IMG/VR virus record: IMGVR_UViG_3300001485_000179
Coordinates: 1,501-65,500 of that record
Strand: one strand, 5' to 3'
Origin: a virus
DNA length: 64,000 nucleotides
This document shows positions 41,201-51,668 of the stretch, piece by piece. Each line of letters opens with the position of its first letter. Position 1 is the first letter of the stretch. Position numbers and translations under genes: made by a program. The notes under the pieces are model-generated. The model did not search any database. It was not told the origin of the DNA and saw nothing but the letters and a program-made list of their open reading frames with translations.

Positions 41201-42030
41201 TAAAAGGTTTCGAAAATTTAAAAATAGAACCAATTACTAATTTATCAAGTGCGTTGAAAAAACTAGGTAATAGTGGAATAAAAGGGCTTGTTGCAAGTTT
41301 TGAAGACCAAGACTATAAAGATAAACTTCACAAAGCTGCCAAAGCGATGGGAAATTCTGCTATAAAAGGTGTCAAAGCAAAAATGAGCAAAAGTGCGGGA
41401 TATGATTTAGGAGAATATTTTGTTCGTGGATTAGCAAATGGTATAACAGATAATCAATATATAGCTACAAACGCAAGTTCTAAATTAGGTAAAGCTGCAT
41501 TGCAAGCTGCTAAAGATGCATTAAAGGAAGAATCACCATCTAAAGCAACTTATGAAATGGGTAAATTCTTTGATTTAGGATTAGTTAATGGTATTGTAGA
41601 ATATGCTAGACATGTATATAATGCTTCTGATAATGTTGGAGAAACAGCTAAGTCTGGAATGTCCGACGCATTAAGTAAAATAACAGATGTTATAAATGCC
41701 GATTCAGCAATGACTCCTACTATTACACCTGTGCTAGATTTAAGCAATATAGAGTCTGGTGCTAATAGGATAGGTTCTATATTTGATGGTCAAAATGTTG
41801 GAATTAATACAAATATAAATGCTATAAGTTCTGGATTGAATTTAAGAAATCAAAATGCGGCAACTAATGGTGATATTGTAAATGCTATTGATAAACTTAA
41901 AACCACAATGTCTGAACAAACGCCTGGAAATACTTATAATTTAAATGGTATTTCTTACAATGATGACACACCTATAGCAAACGCTGTTGGTGATTTAATA
42001 AGAGCAATAGAAATTGAAGGGAGAGTATAA
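35251..42030 (+). CDS. Tape measure protein (2259 aa, many hydrophobic segments)
   Basis: Length, tape-measure N-domain (LNEYSDKTIYSF..MT), Ala/Gly/Leu-rich repeats, SPS motifs. Confidence 0.95.
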   Translation: MSKTVDKKVVEMSFDNRNFERNVKTSLSTIDKLKSSLNFSGMTKGLDELSASANRVSFNPLTKGIEQVGLQFNALYSIADQSMRRITNSVMDFGLNLGRKLIIDPKKSGFEEYELKMGSIQTIMASTGESLEKVNEYLEELNEYSDKTIYSFQDMTSNIGKFTNAGVDLKDAVDAIKGVSNEAALAGANANEASHAMYNFAQALSSGYVKLTDWKSIEIANMATKDFKNELIQTAVEVGTLTDIGDNMYKTLEGKTLNAVRGFNESLQDQWLTTAVLTGTLKKYSSEETILGQKAIAAAQDVKTFSMLIDTLTEAVQSGWAQSFQIIFGDFNQAKKLWTGASNALGAVIDGVATIRNKYLNSFLGKTFTKTFDAMSEAFSSVKESTDGLKDAVKTVADYANVVDEIINGIWGNGQARWDKLSEAGYDWAHAQNLVNERLGVSLRRETSYVESTNSVAEATGKLDEATKDWISNMAEVIKKRDEGQELNESELIFLEEYNQLSEKQKEAINQIVRLSKRLAMPVKELLHNMDDINGRWLLMESFGNIGKTIITIFHAIGKAWVEVFPPKDAGAALFNLTTGFYRLTRIIRDYLGEINDHDGVVSNAENLVKIFKGLFGVIGVVSDSIKGVLTIALQSLGKILGLVIDPSATFLDILGSWGNVLYEATSAARKWIKENVTFKKVTDTIIPAIINLVKKTKEFITTNETVQKVLEIIKRLFDDLKTSLVDFAKQLISSDSIIRKVFGNLFTRLNTWMNGMKNVDNIPMYIITGLLKGITQEGSKVIDYMINLGTNMIMSFRKILHIESPSKEFFKIGKFIMLGLILGIASQAGPLKNLEGDVLGGILNFGTSIKDSITGGFKGIADTLSGIDYSKMFAVGLAGGMMYLTKQINDTVNNVIKLAEGVISPLKSFSKMLDSVSASVKTLTADIGAAKKMDAKTSLIKGIALSMLMIAGAMYIISKIEPDRLLSAATVCGIMIVVLTALYALIDKLSGAGGGISGSVDANAKKATLNIGPIIGMSIALLAMAIALKKLSVIDSYSLLNAIWSLIVVIGAMSVLLAAIGGLSKWLKISGEELSSVSKSLKKVASSLLLMLIVVKLASKISIEEVKQAMYSIGLITAMFAAFILFTKTAGNNADKAAWLLGSLSLSLLLMVGVIKVASMLDKKSITRGMGVVAGVTAIMGILIAFSAKSGEHAAKAAALVGSFSLAMFGLVISMKILSTIPSSGIKKSRDVIVGIGIIFGLLIGMSHFSGENATKAGVMLLMVAGALAMLTAVIYILSTMSVESLAKGTAVITIIGIMFAGLIKSTEKSKDAAKTITGLLIAMGILLGFVIALSTVDPMSLLSATSAIAAIMLSLAALLKSVDKIDKGSIKSLAIVSGILLTTLGIMAFIIMQLAKLDPERALASAGALSMLLVTLSGALATVALVSKVGTKNAATGVALLTIMSATILPILTLLLSQLVKLDPEKSMKMVQSLSLMLLSMTAVLGALTLIGLGGPAATTGIKALLVLIAAFGILLVAFGVINKRWKEASKFLESGIPMLTAIGNAIGSFVGSIIKGFSNQTIALLPKLGKSLSSFMKEASSFFEGSGKIPKDLAIRLGSLSAGVIALTVAEFVSSMGSILSLRFSLAVFGKELSSFMTNLDPFLKGAANIKPGVSKSIKALSEGILALTTAKFLDNIPILGRSSIAKFGEHISELGDGLTKFSKSVSSISNIKTVKAGAQALKYIADAAAEIPNSKGMISWFTGDNDARTFAAGLGSIASGIVGFWDNLNQAGFTEDSYKLVKAGAKSIKQLALVSAEVPNSGGLLAGIVGDNKLSLFSEGFIKIARGISGFVTIFNKNGTTAESLNIVGPACTAIKQLANVSKEVPNAGGLLSGIVGDNDLSAFAENLPELASGLTGFIQGLNDEGLDNTSMPIVTNLIKGMSSLLKTLKGAGLKDTVSMAEQLKKMSSAISDFMSNIATIPDDTLTKSIDKIGQVINFVKGFENLKIEPITNLSSALKKLGNSGIKGLVASFEDQDYKDKLHKAAKAMGNSAIKGVKAKMSKSAGYDLGEYFVRGLANGITDNQYIATNASSKLGKAALQAAKDALKEESPSKATYEMGKFFDLGLVNGIVEYARHVYNASDNVGETAKSGMSDALSKITDVINADSAMTPTITPVLDLSNIESGANRIGSIFDGQNVGINTNINAISSGLNLRNQNAATNGDIVNAIDKLKTTMSEQTPGNTYNLNGISYNDDTPIANAVGDLIRAIEIEGRV

Positions 42031-42033
42031 TAT

Positions 42034-44637
42034 ATGGGTTTAGAAAATAATAGATGGCATGTATATGCTGGAGACTGTCTTTGGAATATCGCCAAATCAG
42101 TTTATAACAATCCTTATAGATGGAGAGAAATAGCAGATGCTAATGGAATTTCACAAAGCACAGCTCTAATTTACCCACATCAATTGTTAGCTCTTCCTGG
42201 AATTACGCCTGGTTATGGAGGTGGAGGTAATCCTTATGCTTCTCCTCCTGCACCAGCACCAAATCGTCCAAGAATAGATTGGTTTAAATTGCAGGCTGGT
42301 TCTGATAGAACAATGGAAGCTATTTGGACTGACAATAATTCATATGTTTTCTGGTATAGATGGGAACAGTGGGATAATGCTGACCATTTATGGCTATTAG
42401 AAGAAAATAAAACTTATAGTACACCAACAATTAAATCATCTGTATATACTATGAATTCAACAGAAGGTTGGAATGTATGTCGATTTAGTGTTAGACCGGT
42501 TGATAATGATGGTAACCCTCTTCCTAATACTGATTGGGCTGTTGTAGAATATGATTTTAGAAACAACCCACCTTTATTACCACCTGATCCAAATTTTGAT
42601 ATAGACGCAAATAATAAATTAACTGTCACAATGGACAATATTGACCCTAATATTAACGGTACCGAAATAGAGATAGCAATATATCAAGATGACACTGTTA
42701 AATTTAATTCGCCAATAGTTCCTATAAATTTTGAAACTCTATCTTTATCATATACATGTGATGTAGACTCAGGTCACACATATCGAATAAGATGTAGAGC
42801 GATAAGAGGTAATATATACGGTGGATGGACTAACTTTACAGAAAATCAAAAGTCAACCCCTGTAGCACCTGAAGAAATAATAAGCCTAGAATCAAAAGTA
42901 ATAGTTGAACAAGGTTCTAGAAATTATGGAATTTATATAGAATGGTCTCCAGTTGACACAGCAGATAGTTATACTATCGAGTATACTACAAACCCTGAAT
43001 ATTTTGACAGTGGTTCTGGAGTAACTTCTGTAACAGTAGATAAAAGTAGTGGTGAACACACTTTATTAACTGATATAGAGTTAGGACACGAATACTTTTT
43101 CCGTGTTTGTGCTGTAAATGAAAAAGGACAATCAAAATGGACCGAAATAAAATCAACTAATATAGGTACAAGACCTTCTGCGCCAACTACTTGGACCACT
43201 ACAACATCTGTAATAATAGGAAACAGTATTAATTTATACTGGACACATAATTCAACTGATGGGTCTATAGAATCAGTAGCTAGATTACATGTGGAAGCAA
43301 TCGATACTACTGATCCTTCATCAGTTCCTATGGTTATCGAAAAGATAATAAGACATGAAGTTGTCGAGAATGAAGCTTCTAATCGTACTAGTTCATATAC
43401 TATTGATAGCACAGACCCTGAATGGACATTCCTTCAACAAGGATTTAAGTTAAAATGGAAAGTTCAAACAGCTGGAGTAACTAGCGAATATAGTGACTAT
43501 TCTACAGAAAGAGAAGTTAATTTCTACGCTCAACCAACTGTTACATTGGATTTAAAAAATAGTATAGACGAATCAATTGATGAGATTTCTAGTTTTCCTT
43601 TTTATTTGTCAGTATTAGCAACACCACCTGCACAAACTCCTATAAGTTATTATGTAGAAGTTGTAGCAAATGATGGTTACGTTGCATTAGACGATGTTGG
43701 TAATCAAAAGGTTATAAATCCTGGAGATATAGTTTATTCTAAAACATATGATCCATCATCAAATGCATGGCGCTTTCTTGTAGAATTTACACCAGGTAAT
43801 ATAGATTTACAATCAGGTGTTGAATATACTATACGATGTACAGTTGCCATGGACTCTGGTTTAAATGGTTATAATGAAATGACATTCAGTGTATTCTTCG
43901 ATGAGAAATACTATGATGTCAGAGCCAATGTAAATTTAAACAAAGAAACTTATGAGGCAACTATTAATCCTTTATGCTATGAATATGTAAATTTAGGAGA
44001 AGACATAACTGAAGAATTAGTTACAGATTGTTTAATGTCTGTATACAGAATAAATTATGATGGAACATTCACAGAAATAGCCAAAGATATAAATAATCAA
44101 GAAGGATTATATATAACTGACCCACATCCAACATTAGATTATGCACGTTATAGAATTGTAGCAAAAGAATCTAATACTGGAGCTATGTCATTTGCTGATA
44201 TAGAACCTGTTAAATTTGGAGAATTTGCTATAATAATACAATGGGCTGAAAAATGGGTTAATTTCGATGAAAGTGATGATTCAGCTGTAGAAAAACCATG
44301 GTCCGGTTCACTTTTAAGATTACCATATAACATAACAGTAAGTGACAACAATACATTGGATACAACTCTTGTTGAATATGTTGGAAGGTCACATCCAGTT
44401 AGTTATTATGGTACACAATTAGGTGAATCATCAACTTGGACTACTGCAATTCCTAAATATGACAAAGAAACATTGTATGCTATAAGAAGATTATCAAAAT
44501 GGACAGGAGATGTATACGTTAGAGAACCATCTGGTACTGGATATTGGGCTAATGTTAGTTTAAATTATAATATTAATTACGATAGTTTAATAATACCAGT
44601 ATCAATAAATGTTACAAGAGTTGAAGGAGGAATCTAA
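42034..44637 (+). CDS. LysM + Fn3 distal tail/baseplate protein
   Basis: GDCLWNIAK..WREIADANG (LysM); Fn3 motifs YRIRCRA, YFFRVCAVN. Confidence 0.8.
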   Translation: MGLENNRWHVYAGDCLWNIAKSVYNNPYRWREIADANGISQSTALIYPHQLLALPGITPGYGGGGNPYASPPAPAPNRPRIDWFKLQAGSDRTMEAIWTDNNSYVFWYRWEQWDNADHLWLLEENKTYSTPTIKSSVYTMNSTEGWNVCRFSVRPVDNDGNPLPNTDWAVVEYDFRNNPPLLPPDPNFDIDANNKLTVTMDNIDPNINGTEIEIAIYQDDTVKFNSPIVPINFETLSLSYTCDVDSGHTYRIRCRAIRGNIYGGWTNFTENQKSTPVAPEEIISLESKVIVEQGSRNYGIYIEWSPVDTADSYTIEYTTNPEYFDSGSGVTSVTVDKSSGEHTLLTDIELGHEYFFRVCAVNEKGQSKWTEIKSTNIGTRPSAPTTWTTTTSVIIGNSINLYWTHNSTDGSIESVARLHVEAIDTTDPSSVPMVIEKIIRHEVVENEASNRTSSYTIDSTDPEWTFLQQGFKLKWKVQTAGVTSEYSDYSTEREVNFYAQPTVTLDLKNSIDESIDEISSFPFYLSVLATPPAQTPISYYVEVVANDGYVALDDVGNQKVINPGDIVYSKTYDPSSNAWRFLVEFTPGNIDLQSGVEYTIRCTVAMDSGLNGYNEMTFSVFFDEKYYDVRANVNLNKETYEATINPLCYEYVNLGEDITEELVTDCLMSVYRINYDGTFTEIAKDINNQEGLYITDPHPTLDYARYRIVAKESNTGAMSFADIEPVKFGEFAIIIQWAEKWVNFDESDDSAVEKPWSGSLLRLPYNITVSDNNTLDTTLVEYVGRSHPVSYYGTQLGESSTWTTAIPKYDKETLYAIRRLSKWTGDVYVREPSGTGYWANVSLNYNINYDSLIIPVSINVTRVEGGI

Positions 44638-44638
44638 T

Positions 44639-46321
44639 ATGGCTAATTCTTTACCTAGTATGTATATAGAGTTGGAATATATTGAAAGCTCAAGAACTCA
44701 GTATATTGATACTGGAGTAAATGCCGATAGTAATTTGCAAGTTGTATTAGATATGGCTTATTCTAGTGTAACTAATAATAACTATACAAATATTGGAGCT
44801 ATTAAATATGATGATACAGTAACAACTGGTGATAAATATAGACGTTACCATATGTTACAGCAAGGTGGTAATTTACGTCAATATACAAATACTAGTTCTA
44901 CAAATATAGGTCAAGCTGATACTAATAGACACATTTTTAATTTCGATGTACCAAATAATAAATATTATGTAGACCAAGAAGAAACTACTTTAGTAACAAG
45001 TGCTTTCGATACACATTTGAATTATTGGTTATTCGGTAGAAACTCAGATAGAACTAACTTAAGATATCTATCATCTATGAAAATTTATAATTGTAAAATG
45101 TACTATAATAATGAGTTAGTAAGAAATTTTATACCTTGTTATAGAAAATCTGATAATGAAATCGGTTTATATGATATAGTAAATGGTTTGTTTTATTCAA
45201 ATCAAGGATCTGGTACATTTATAAAAGGTCCTGAGATTGTCGAAAATATCCCTAAGATAAAGACAATTGATTGGACTAAAAGTATGAAACAACGATTTGA
45301 ATATTACGAAGTTGATCCGAATACTTGGAAAGATAAAAAAATGATAGATAGTGTTATATCAGCTACTATAGACAAAGATCGCGAATCGGCCACTATCGAA
45401 ACAGCTAATATAGAGGTTATAAATACACTTGGAGAATGCTATATAAGAATATACTTAATAGCTACACAAGATGATATAACTGAAAAGATTCCACTAGCGA
45501 CATGTTTAGTCCAAACACCTTCATCTGATTTCGATGGTAAAGTAAAAAATGTATCAATGACTGCATATTCACCATTAACTGAATTAAAAGAGAATCCTGT
45601 ACCATTAGGATTTACTTTATTAAAAAATGATAATGTAATGGAAAATGCATATCAAATGACAAAAGATCATTGTAGAGCCCCGGTTGTAAAGACAAGTCAT
45701 AATAAAACATTGACTGAAAATTTTGTAGCGAATACAGAGGATACTTATTTAGACTATGTATCTGATTTGATATCACAAGCCAAATTTGAATTTGATTTAG
45801 ACGAATTGGGTCAAATTTTATTCTCACCAATACAAAATTTTGAGACTTTGCAACCGGTATTTACTTTTAATGATGATGATAATTCTATATTATTACCAGA
45901 AGTTTCTTTGAAACATGATATATATGGTATACCAAATGTTGTTGAAGTAATTACAACAATAGATAATGAAATATACACATCAGTTGTTAAAAATGAAGAC
46001 CCTAATAGTCCAACATCTATACAAAATAGAGGACGTGTAATAACGCATAGAGTTACGAATCCAGAACTATATGGAATACCAACAAAAGCTCAAGTTGATG
46101 AATATGCAACACAATTATTATCATCTTTATCGTCTGTTGAATATACAGTAAATATTTCTCATGGTTATTATCCATTAAGAGTTGGTGACTGTATACGATT
46201 AAATTATAAAAAAGCTGAATTAAATAATATAAAAGCACGAATAATTTCACAATCTATAAAATGTGGAACAGGATGTACTGTTAGTACGACAGCTACATTT
46301 ACTAAAAAACTTTGGAAATAG
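44639..46321 (+). CDS. Tail hub/minor tail protein with N-terminal lectin-like module
   Basis: GGAGG RBS before ATG 44639; LEYIES..QYIDTG..RNFIPCYR..GLYD module, then tail domain. Confidence 0.75.
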   Translation: MANSLPSMYIELEYIESSRTQYIDTGVNADSNLQVVLDMAYSSVTNNNYTNIGAIKYDDTVTTGDKYRRYHMLQQGGNLRQYTNTSSTNIGQADTNRHIFNFDVPNNKYYVDQEETTLVTSAFDTHLNYWLFGRNSDRTNLRYLSSMKIYNCKMYYNNELVRNFIPCYRKSDNEIGLYDIVNGLFYSNQGSGTFIKGPEIVENIPKIKTIDWTKSMKQRFEYYEVDPNTWKDKKMIDSVISATIDKDRESATIETANIEVINTLGECYIRIYLIATQDDITEKIPLATCLVQTPSSDFDGKVKNVSMTAYSPLTELKENPVPLGFTLLKNDNVMENAYQMTKDHCRAPVVKTSHNKTLTENFVANTEDTYLDYVSDLISQAKFEFDLDELGQILFSPIQNFETLQPVFTFNDDDNSILLPEVSLKHDIYGIPNVVEVITTIDNEIYTSVVKNEDPNSPTSIQNRGRVITHRVTNPELYGIPTKAQVDEYATQLLSSLSSVEYTVNISHGYYPLRVGDCIRLNYKKAELNNIKARIISQSIKCGTGCTVSTTATFTKKLWK

Positions 46322-46333
46322 GAGGAGATAATT

Positions 46334-48916
46334 ATGGCTTTATCAAGTTCTTTAGTAAAGCAATTTGCTAAATTAGCAACACCTAAAGAAACTAAAAAGG
46401 AAGAAACATTAAAAGGAACTGTAAAAATAGTTAATAATACTGAATATGTACAACTTGATGGCTCTGATATATTAACTCCTGTTTCTACCACTGTTGAAAT
46501 AAAGAATGATGAACGTGTAGAAGTTCTTATAAAAGACCATACAGCAACTGTCACGGACAATATTTCTTCACCAATGGCTAGAACAGCTACTGTTACTGAT
46601 TTGTCTCAAACAGTTGATCAAAATGGCAATAGTATTAGACAATTGGATAACTCGATTACTCAACAAGGTAATTCAATTATTCAAATAAATAACTCAATAC
46701 AAGAACAGAATAATATAATAAATTCATACAATAATGTTATTGATGCGCAGAATAACAAAATACAAGTTCATGATTCTGAAATACGTTCAATAAATTCCGA
46801 TATAACATCTATAAATAGCTCAATATCTGTACAAGGAAGTCAAATATCATCTCTTAACGATACAATAGTATCCCAAAATAATAATATTACAACTATTAAT
46901 AATAGTGTAACAAGTATTAATAATACTGTAACTGCTCAGGGAAATACTATTGCTGCTCACGGAACTAGTATTCAAACATTTGACTCTGATATTAAAATTT
47001 TAAATACTGGATTCACAATTCAAGATGGTGTATTAACTGGCTTGAGTTCTATTGTTGTAGATGATTTAAAAACAAATACTTTAGAAACCGAATATGCACA
47101 AATAGATTTTGCTAATATTAAAACAGCAGCTGTTGAAAAGTTATTTGCTGATTCTGGTATTATCGATGATTTGGTAGTTAAAGAAGGTCATATAACTGGT
47201 GAATTAGTAGGTGTTACTATTAAAGGTGATTTAATAGAAGGTAACACTATTAAAGCTGATAAATTAGTAGTATTAGGTTCTGATGGATTATATTATAAAT
47301 TAAATACCGACGGTCAATCTGTAACCTCTGAACAAACTCAGTATAACAGTTTAAATGGTAGTATAATAACTGCAAAATCTATCACGGCAGATAGAGTTAA
47401 TGTAACTGATTTAGTTGCTTTTGGAGCTACTATAGGTGGTTTCCATATAACTGCTAATTCAATATATTCTGGTGTTAAAAATTCGATAGATGCTAACTCT
47501 AGAGGATTATTTATGGACTCATCAGGACAACTAGTATTTGGAGATTCAAATAATTATATTAAATATTATTTGGATACAACAGATAATACTTGGAAACTAG
47601 ACATTAATGCTGATAGATTTATAGATTTAATGAGATCTGTATCTGGAGAAAATAATGTAACTGTTCCTAACTGTGCTGAGGGACCATTACAAACATTACG
47701 TTTAACTGGTGAAATAATACCAACATTCCCACATAAACATCAATACCCTAGTCAAAATTTATATCCATCAACTTACCCTTATTTAACAATAACATATACT
47801 AAAAATGGCATACAACAACAAGATAAAATCAGATTACCATTCAATTATTTAGGTAAAGTTGGAGATGTGTATGACGAATTTAACTTAAATAATTTAGGTG
47901 AAGCTACATTAACTAGACGTATAGGTTTGAATGAATACGGAGAGCAATATGTACTTCAAAATGAGCAAGTTATTGATTGTGGATTATTAGTAATACCTTT
48001 ACATAAAGGAGATAATATTTTATCATGTTCACCTTATAATTCATCTATGGATATAACTTATGCTATATCAAATGAATTTACTGATATGTTTGCAACACAA
48101 TTAGACTTAACTAGCAAAATTGAACAGAGTGCTAGCGAGATCGAGTTGAGTGTTAACAATAATGTAATGACCGCTACATCTAGCGAAAACATTATATCTA
48201 AAATAAATTTAAAACCTGGACAAATATTGTTAGAAGGTACTGTAACCGCTAATGGTAACTTTAAAGTACTTAAAGATGGTTCTATAGAGGCTAACAATGG
48301 TAAATTTACAGGCGATATTTATTTAGGAGAAGGTAAAAAAGTAATAGGCGGACAAGGTTTATTTACAAATCTACAATATAACAGTAATGGTTCTTTCAGT
48401 GGTTGGGATACTTTAGGTTTCTCATCTGCTATTGATTATACTGGGCTTTTAAAGAAAGCATTGGCAGTTGACTATTACATTCCCGATAATTTCACGCCAA
48501 CTAGTGCTTATCTAGTATTACAAACAACACCAGTATATAGTAGTGTATCAGGTACTGACACAATAGGTATATGTCGAGATTTAAAATTATATAAGGGAAA
48601 TTCAGATGAAACATTTTCATTATTTCATGTTATTGACAGTGATGTGATGGGTATGTACTCTGATTATCATGGAACTGAAATAATAAATGGATTAGACCCT
48701 AACAGACAACAACCAATATATACACCTGGTAATAGCGAAGTAGGACATGTTGATACGAGAATAGTAACAGTAGACTTAGAAAATATTGTGAGCCAAGGTA
48801 GAGGTCAATTATTTGTTCAAACATCAATGACTACACCATCTAACATACAAGAAGGTAATAGATATAGTGGAGCTGGACGATTAACATTAAATATATTCGG
48901 TTATATGAGTATGTAA
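46334..48916 (+). CDS. Minor tail / tail-spike protein with long heptad coiled coil
   Basis: Ile/Asn/Ser heptads, ITAKSITAD and IGGF motifs. Confidence 0.75.
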   Translation: MALSSSLVKQFAKLATPKETKKEETLKGTVKIVNNTEYVQLDGSDILTPVSTTVEIKNDERVEVLIKDHTATVTDNISSPMARTATVTDLSQTVDQNGNSIRQLDNSITQQGNSIIQINNSIQEQNNIINSYNNVIDAQNNKIQVHDSEIRSINSDITSINSSISVQGSQISSLNDTIVSQNNNITTINNSVTSINNTVTAQGNTIAAHGTSIQTFDSDIKILNTGFTIQDGVLTGLSSIVVDDLKTNTLETEYAQIDFANIKTAAVEKLFADSGIIDDLVVKEGHITGELVGVTIKGDLIEGNTIKADKLVVLGSDGLYYKLNTDGQSVTSEQTQYNSLNGSIITAKSITADRVNVTDLVAFGATIGGFHITANSIYSGVKNSIDANSRGLFMDSSGQLVFGDSNNYIKYYLDTTDNTWKLDINADRFIDLMRSVSGENNVTVPNCAEGPLQTLRLTGEIIPTFPHKHQYPSQNLYPSTYPYLTITYTKNGIQQQDKIRLPFNYLGKVGDVYDEFNLNNLGEATLTRRIGLNEYGEQYVLQNEQVIDCGLLVIPLHKGDNILSCSPYNSSMDITYAISNEFTDMFATQLDLTSKIEQSASEIELSVNNNVMTATSSENIISKINLKPGQILLEGTVTANGNFKVLKDGSIEANNGKFTGDIYLGEGKKVIGGQGLFTNLQYNSNGSFSGWDTLGFSSAIDYTGLLKKALAVDYYIPDNFTPTSAYLVLQTTPVYSSVSGTDTIGICRDLKLYKGNSDETFSLFHVIDSDVMGMYSDYHGTEIINGLDPNRQQPIYTPGNSEVGHVDTRIVTVDLENIVSQGRGQLFVQTSMTTPSNIQEGNRYSGAGRLTLNIFGYMSM

Positions 48917-48925
48917 TAAAGGAGG

Positions 48926-49738
48926 ATGATTAATATGCAAAAAATACCATTCGAAGATTTGCCTAGTACAGATACGCCAATAGATGCTACAAATTTAAAT
49001 ACTATGCAAAGTTATATAGAGCAAGCAGTTAATGATAAAATAGGTTTAATAACATTACTTGAAGTGAGCAGTACAGCACCAGAAGAGTGTCAATCAGGCG
49101 ATTTATATTATAATACTGATACAGCATTAATTTATGAGGCTACTGGAACTAATACTTGGGGTTCAGTAGGTAATACTCCTAATGACGATTATTTATATTT
49201 AGATAAAACAAATAAAGCTATATATTATTATAATGGGACTGGACTTGATGTATTTGGAGCAGCTGTTGTGGACAATTTAACATCTAGTTCTACAGTCAAC
49301 CCTCCTAGTATAGATGCAGTTAATAGTGCAATAAGTGATATTGATAATAGTATAGATAATATTAATATTGAAGTAAATTCATTAAAACCTATTATATTAT
49401 GGACTAATCCTAGTCCTAATAGTAATTTTGGGGCACAGAATATAACATTTTCAAGTAGTAAATATAGATATTCAGAAATATATTACTATGATTGGAATGA
49501 TTCAAGTGTCGATTATAAAAACGTATCTTGTCAAAAAGTACCGAAAGGTTATAATACAACTTTAAGCTGTATGTTCAATTACTCAGGTCAAGTATATGCT
49601 GGTTTAAGAAGACTTACACGTGTTAGTGATACTGTTTATAGTATACAAGGTTGCTATACAATGATTGATGGTAATAGATATGCTGTAAATGAGAATAATG
49701 CTTGGTGTGTTCCTATAATAATAATAGGATATGAATAA
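48926..49738 (+). CDS. Tail fibre/baseplate protein
   Basis: DLPSTDTPIDATNLN N-terminus; ILWTNPSP..F.AQ.I C-terminal domain. Confidence 0.65.
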   Translation: MINMQKIPFEDLPSTDTPIDATNLNTMQSYIEQAVNDKIGLITLLEVSSTAPEECQSGDLYYNTDTALIYEATGTNTWGSVGNTPNDDYLYLDKTNKAIYYYNGTGLDVFGAAVVDNLTSSSTVNPPSIDAVNSAISDIDNSIDNINIEVNSLKPIILWTNPSPNSNFGAQNITFSSSKYRYSEIYYYDWNDSSVDYKNVSCQKVPKGYNTTLSCMFNYSGQVYAGLRRLTRVSDTVYSIQGCYTMIDGNRYAVNENNAWCVPIIIIGYE

Positions 49739-49751
49739 GGTAGGTGATTAA

Positions 49752-51668
49752 ATGAGAGTTAACGTAACAGCAAACACATGTACGATAGACAATGATGTTT
49801 ATTTAAATGCTGGAGAATATAATATAAATAAATTTCATTTCACATTCTCTGAAGAATATCTCGATGAATATGTTAAGAAAGCTTTATTTATCGATAAAGA
49901 TGGAACTCCTATAAAAATGGTTATTGCTAACAATGAATGTGATATACCATATGATATATTAAAGAATCCAGGAACTTATACATTCGGTGTTTATGCATAT
50001 GAAATGGAGGGTACTAAATTAGTATTAAGATATTCTCCTGAACCTACCCATTTCTATGTAAATAAAGGTAGTTATATAGAAGGCGGAACAAGTCCTACTG
50101 ACCCAACACCTGATGAATTTGCACAATACTATCAAGCTATGCAGGATTTGATAGCCAATGCTAAACCAGAATTAATAGATTATATAGAAGATAACCTACC
50201 TACAATACGTGTAGGAGACACTTCAACTTTGACACCTAATTCGCCAGCAACCGTTACTAATATTGGTACTGACAGAAATCCTATATTCAATTTTGGAATA
50301 CCACAAGGAGTACCTGGTACAACTGATTATAATGAATTAGTAAATAAACCAGATTTAACAGTATTTGCATTAATAACAGAATCTGCTAATAAAATAGCAT
50401 TAGAAATGGACCCAACAGAATTCAAAATAAAGGCAAAAATATTCGATAAAAAGAACAAATTAATATCTGAATCTAACGTTATAGATTTACCATTAGAAAG
50501 TGTTGTGGTTAGCGGTAGATATGATGCTGCTAATAAGAAAATAATATTAACTTTAGAAAATGGTAACGTTATAGAAATACCAGTAGAAGATTTAATAGAT
50601 GGATTAGCAACTAAGACAGAACTTGAAGAAGGATTAGCTACAAAAGATGCTAATATAATTGAGAGTATTTCTAAAAATGGTACTGCATTACCAGTAGATA
50701 ATAATAAAAATGTTAATATAACAGTCCCTACTAAGACCAGTGAAGTTATAAACGATAGTGGTTTCATTACAAACGATACTAATGGATTATCACATTATTA
50801 TAACAAAACAGCTGCTGATACTAGATTTTCATTAGTAACTGAGACAGGTTCAAATTTTGTTTTATCAATAGATCCTACAACATTTGTTATGACTGCTACT
50901 CTTAAGGATAAGAATGGTAGAGCATTAAGTACTCAAACAGTTGATTTACCACTTGAGAGTGTTGTTGTAGGTGGTAGATATGATAGCGAAACACGAGAAG
51001 TTGTATTAACTTTAGAAAATGGTAGTGTTGTAAGATTTAGTGTAGCTGATTTAGTTAGCGGATTACAGAGTGAAATAACTGATAACAATAAGTTATCTAG
51101 CGATTTAGTAGATGATACTAATAGTATAAATAAATTTGTTACAACTACTGATAAGACTAACTGGGATGCTAAACTGGATACGGACGATTTAACTGATTAT
51201 GTAAAGAACACTGACTATGCTACTTCTGATAAAGGCGGAGTTGTTAAAAGTAATATATTTTATGGTGCCTTAATATCAAGTTCTAGTGGAACTATATATA
51301 GTACAACAAAATCATATAGTGGATACTTGACAATAGATAACAATCATTTTATCAGCAAAGGAACACTAGAAAACGTAATAGAAGGTAAAGGTTTGGTTAG
51401 TAACACTGATTACGCTAGTTCTAGTAAAGGTGGCGTTATTAAAATAGATAATTCATATGGAGTTAATGTTGGAACATATGGTGCTTTAACATCATACACC
51501 AGAACATATCAAGATTATCAATCATCTGGAAACGCTTTGATAATAGGTAAAGGTACACTGGAAAACGTAATAACAGGAAAAGACCTAACAACAAAAGCCT
51601 ATGTGGACGGTCTTGTTGGTGATATTGAAAGTTTATTAGAAACATTAGATGTTGGGAGTGGTGTATAA
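49752..51668 (+). CDS. BppU-like baseplate/fibre protein with internal repeats
   Basis: BppU-like N-terminus; DLPLESVVV.GRYD x2; TDYA.S.KGGV.K x2; KGTLENVI x2. Confidence 0.7.
   Translation: MRVNVTANTCTIDNDVYLNAGEYNINKFHFTFSEEYLDEYVKKALFIDKDGTPIKMVIANNECDIPYDILKNPGTYTFGVYAYEMEGTKLVLRYSPEPTHFYVNKGSYIEGGTSPTDPTPDEFAQYYQAMQDLIANAKPELIDYIEDNLPTIRVGDTSTLTPNSPATVTNIGTDRNPIFNFGIPQGVPGTTDYNELVNKPDLTVFALITESANKIALEMDPTEFKIKAKIFDKKNKLISESNVIDLPLESVVVSGRYDAANKKIILTLENGNVIEIPVEDLIDGLATKTELEEGLATKDANIIESISKNGTALPVDNNKNVNITVPTKTSEVINDSGFITNDTNGLSHYYNKTAADTRFSLVTETGSNFVLSIDPTTFVMTATLKDKNGRALSTQTVDLPLESVVVGGRYDSETREVVLTLENGSVVRFSVADLVSGLQSEITDNNKLSSDLVDDTNSINKFVTTTDKTNWDAKLDTDDLTDYVKNTDYATSDKGGVVKSNIFYGALISSSSGTIYSTTKSYSGYLTIDNNHFISKGTLENVIEGKGLVSNTDYASSSKGGVIKIDNSYGVNVGTYGALTSYTRTYQDYQSSGNALIIGKGTLENVITGKDLTTKAYVDGLVGDIESLLETLDVGSGV

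Noticed and set aside
37371-41747. Long minus-strand ORFs (up to 511 aa) opposite the tape measure gene
   Set aside because: Antisense shadows of a codon-biased Ala/Ile/Leu/Gly-rich gene; no RBS or motifs; the genome is otherwise single-stranded in coding
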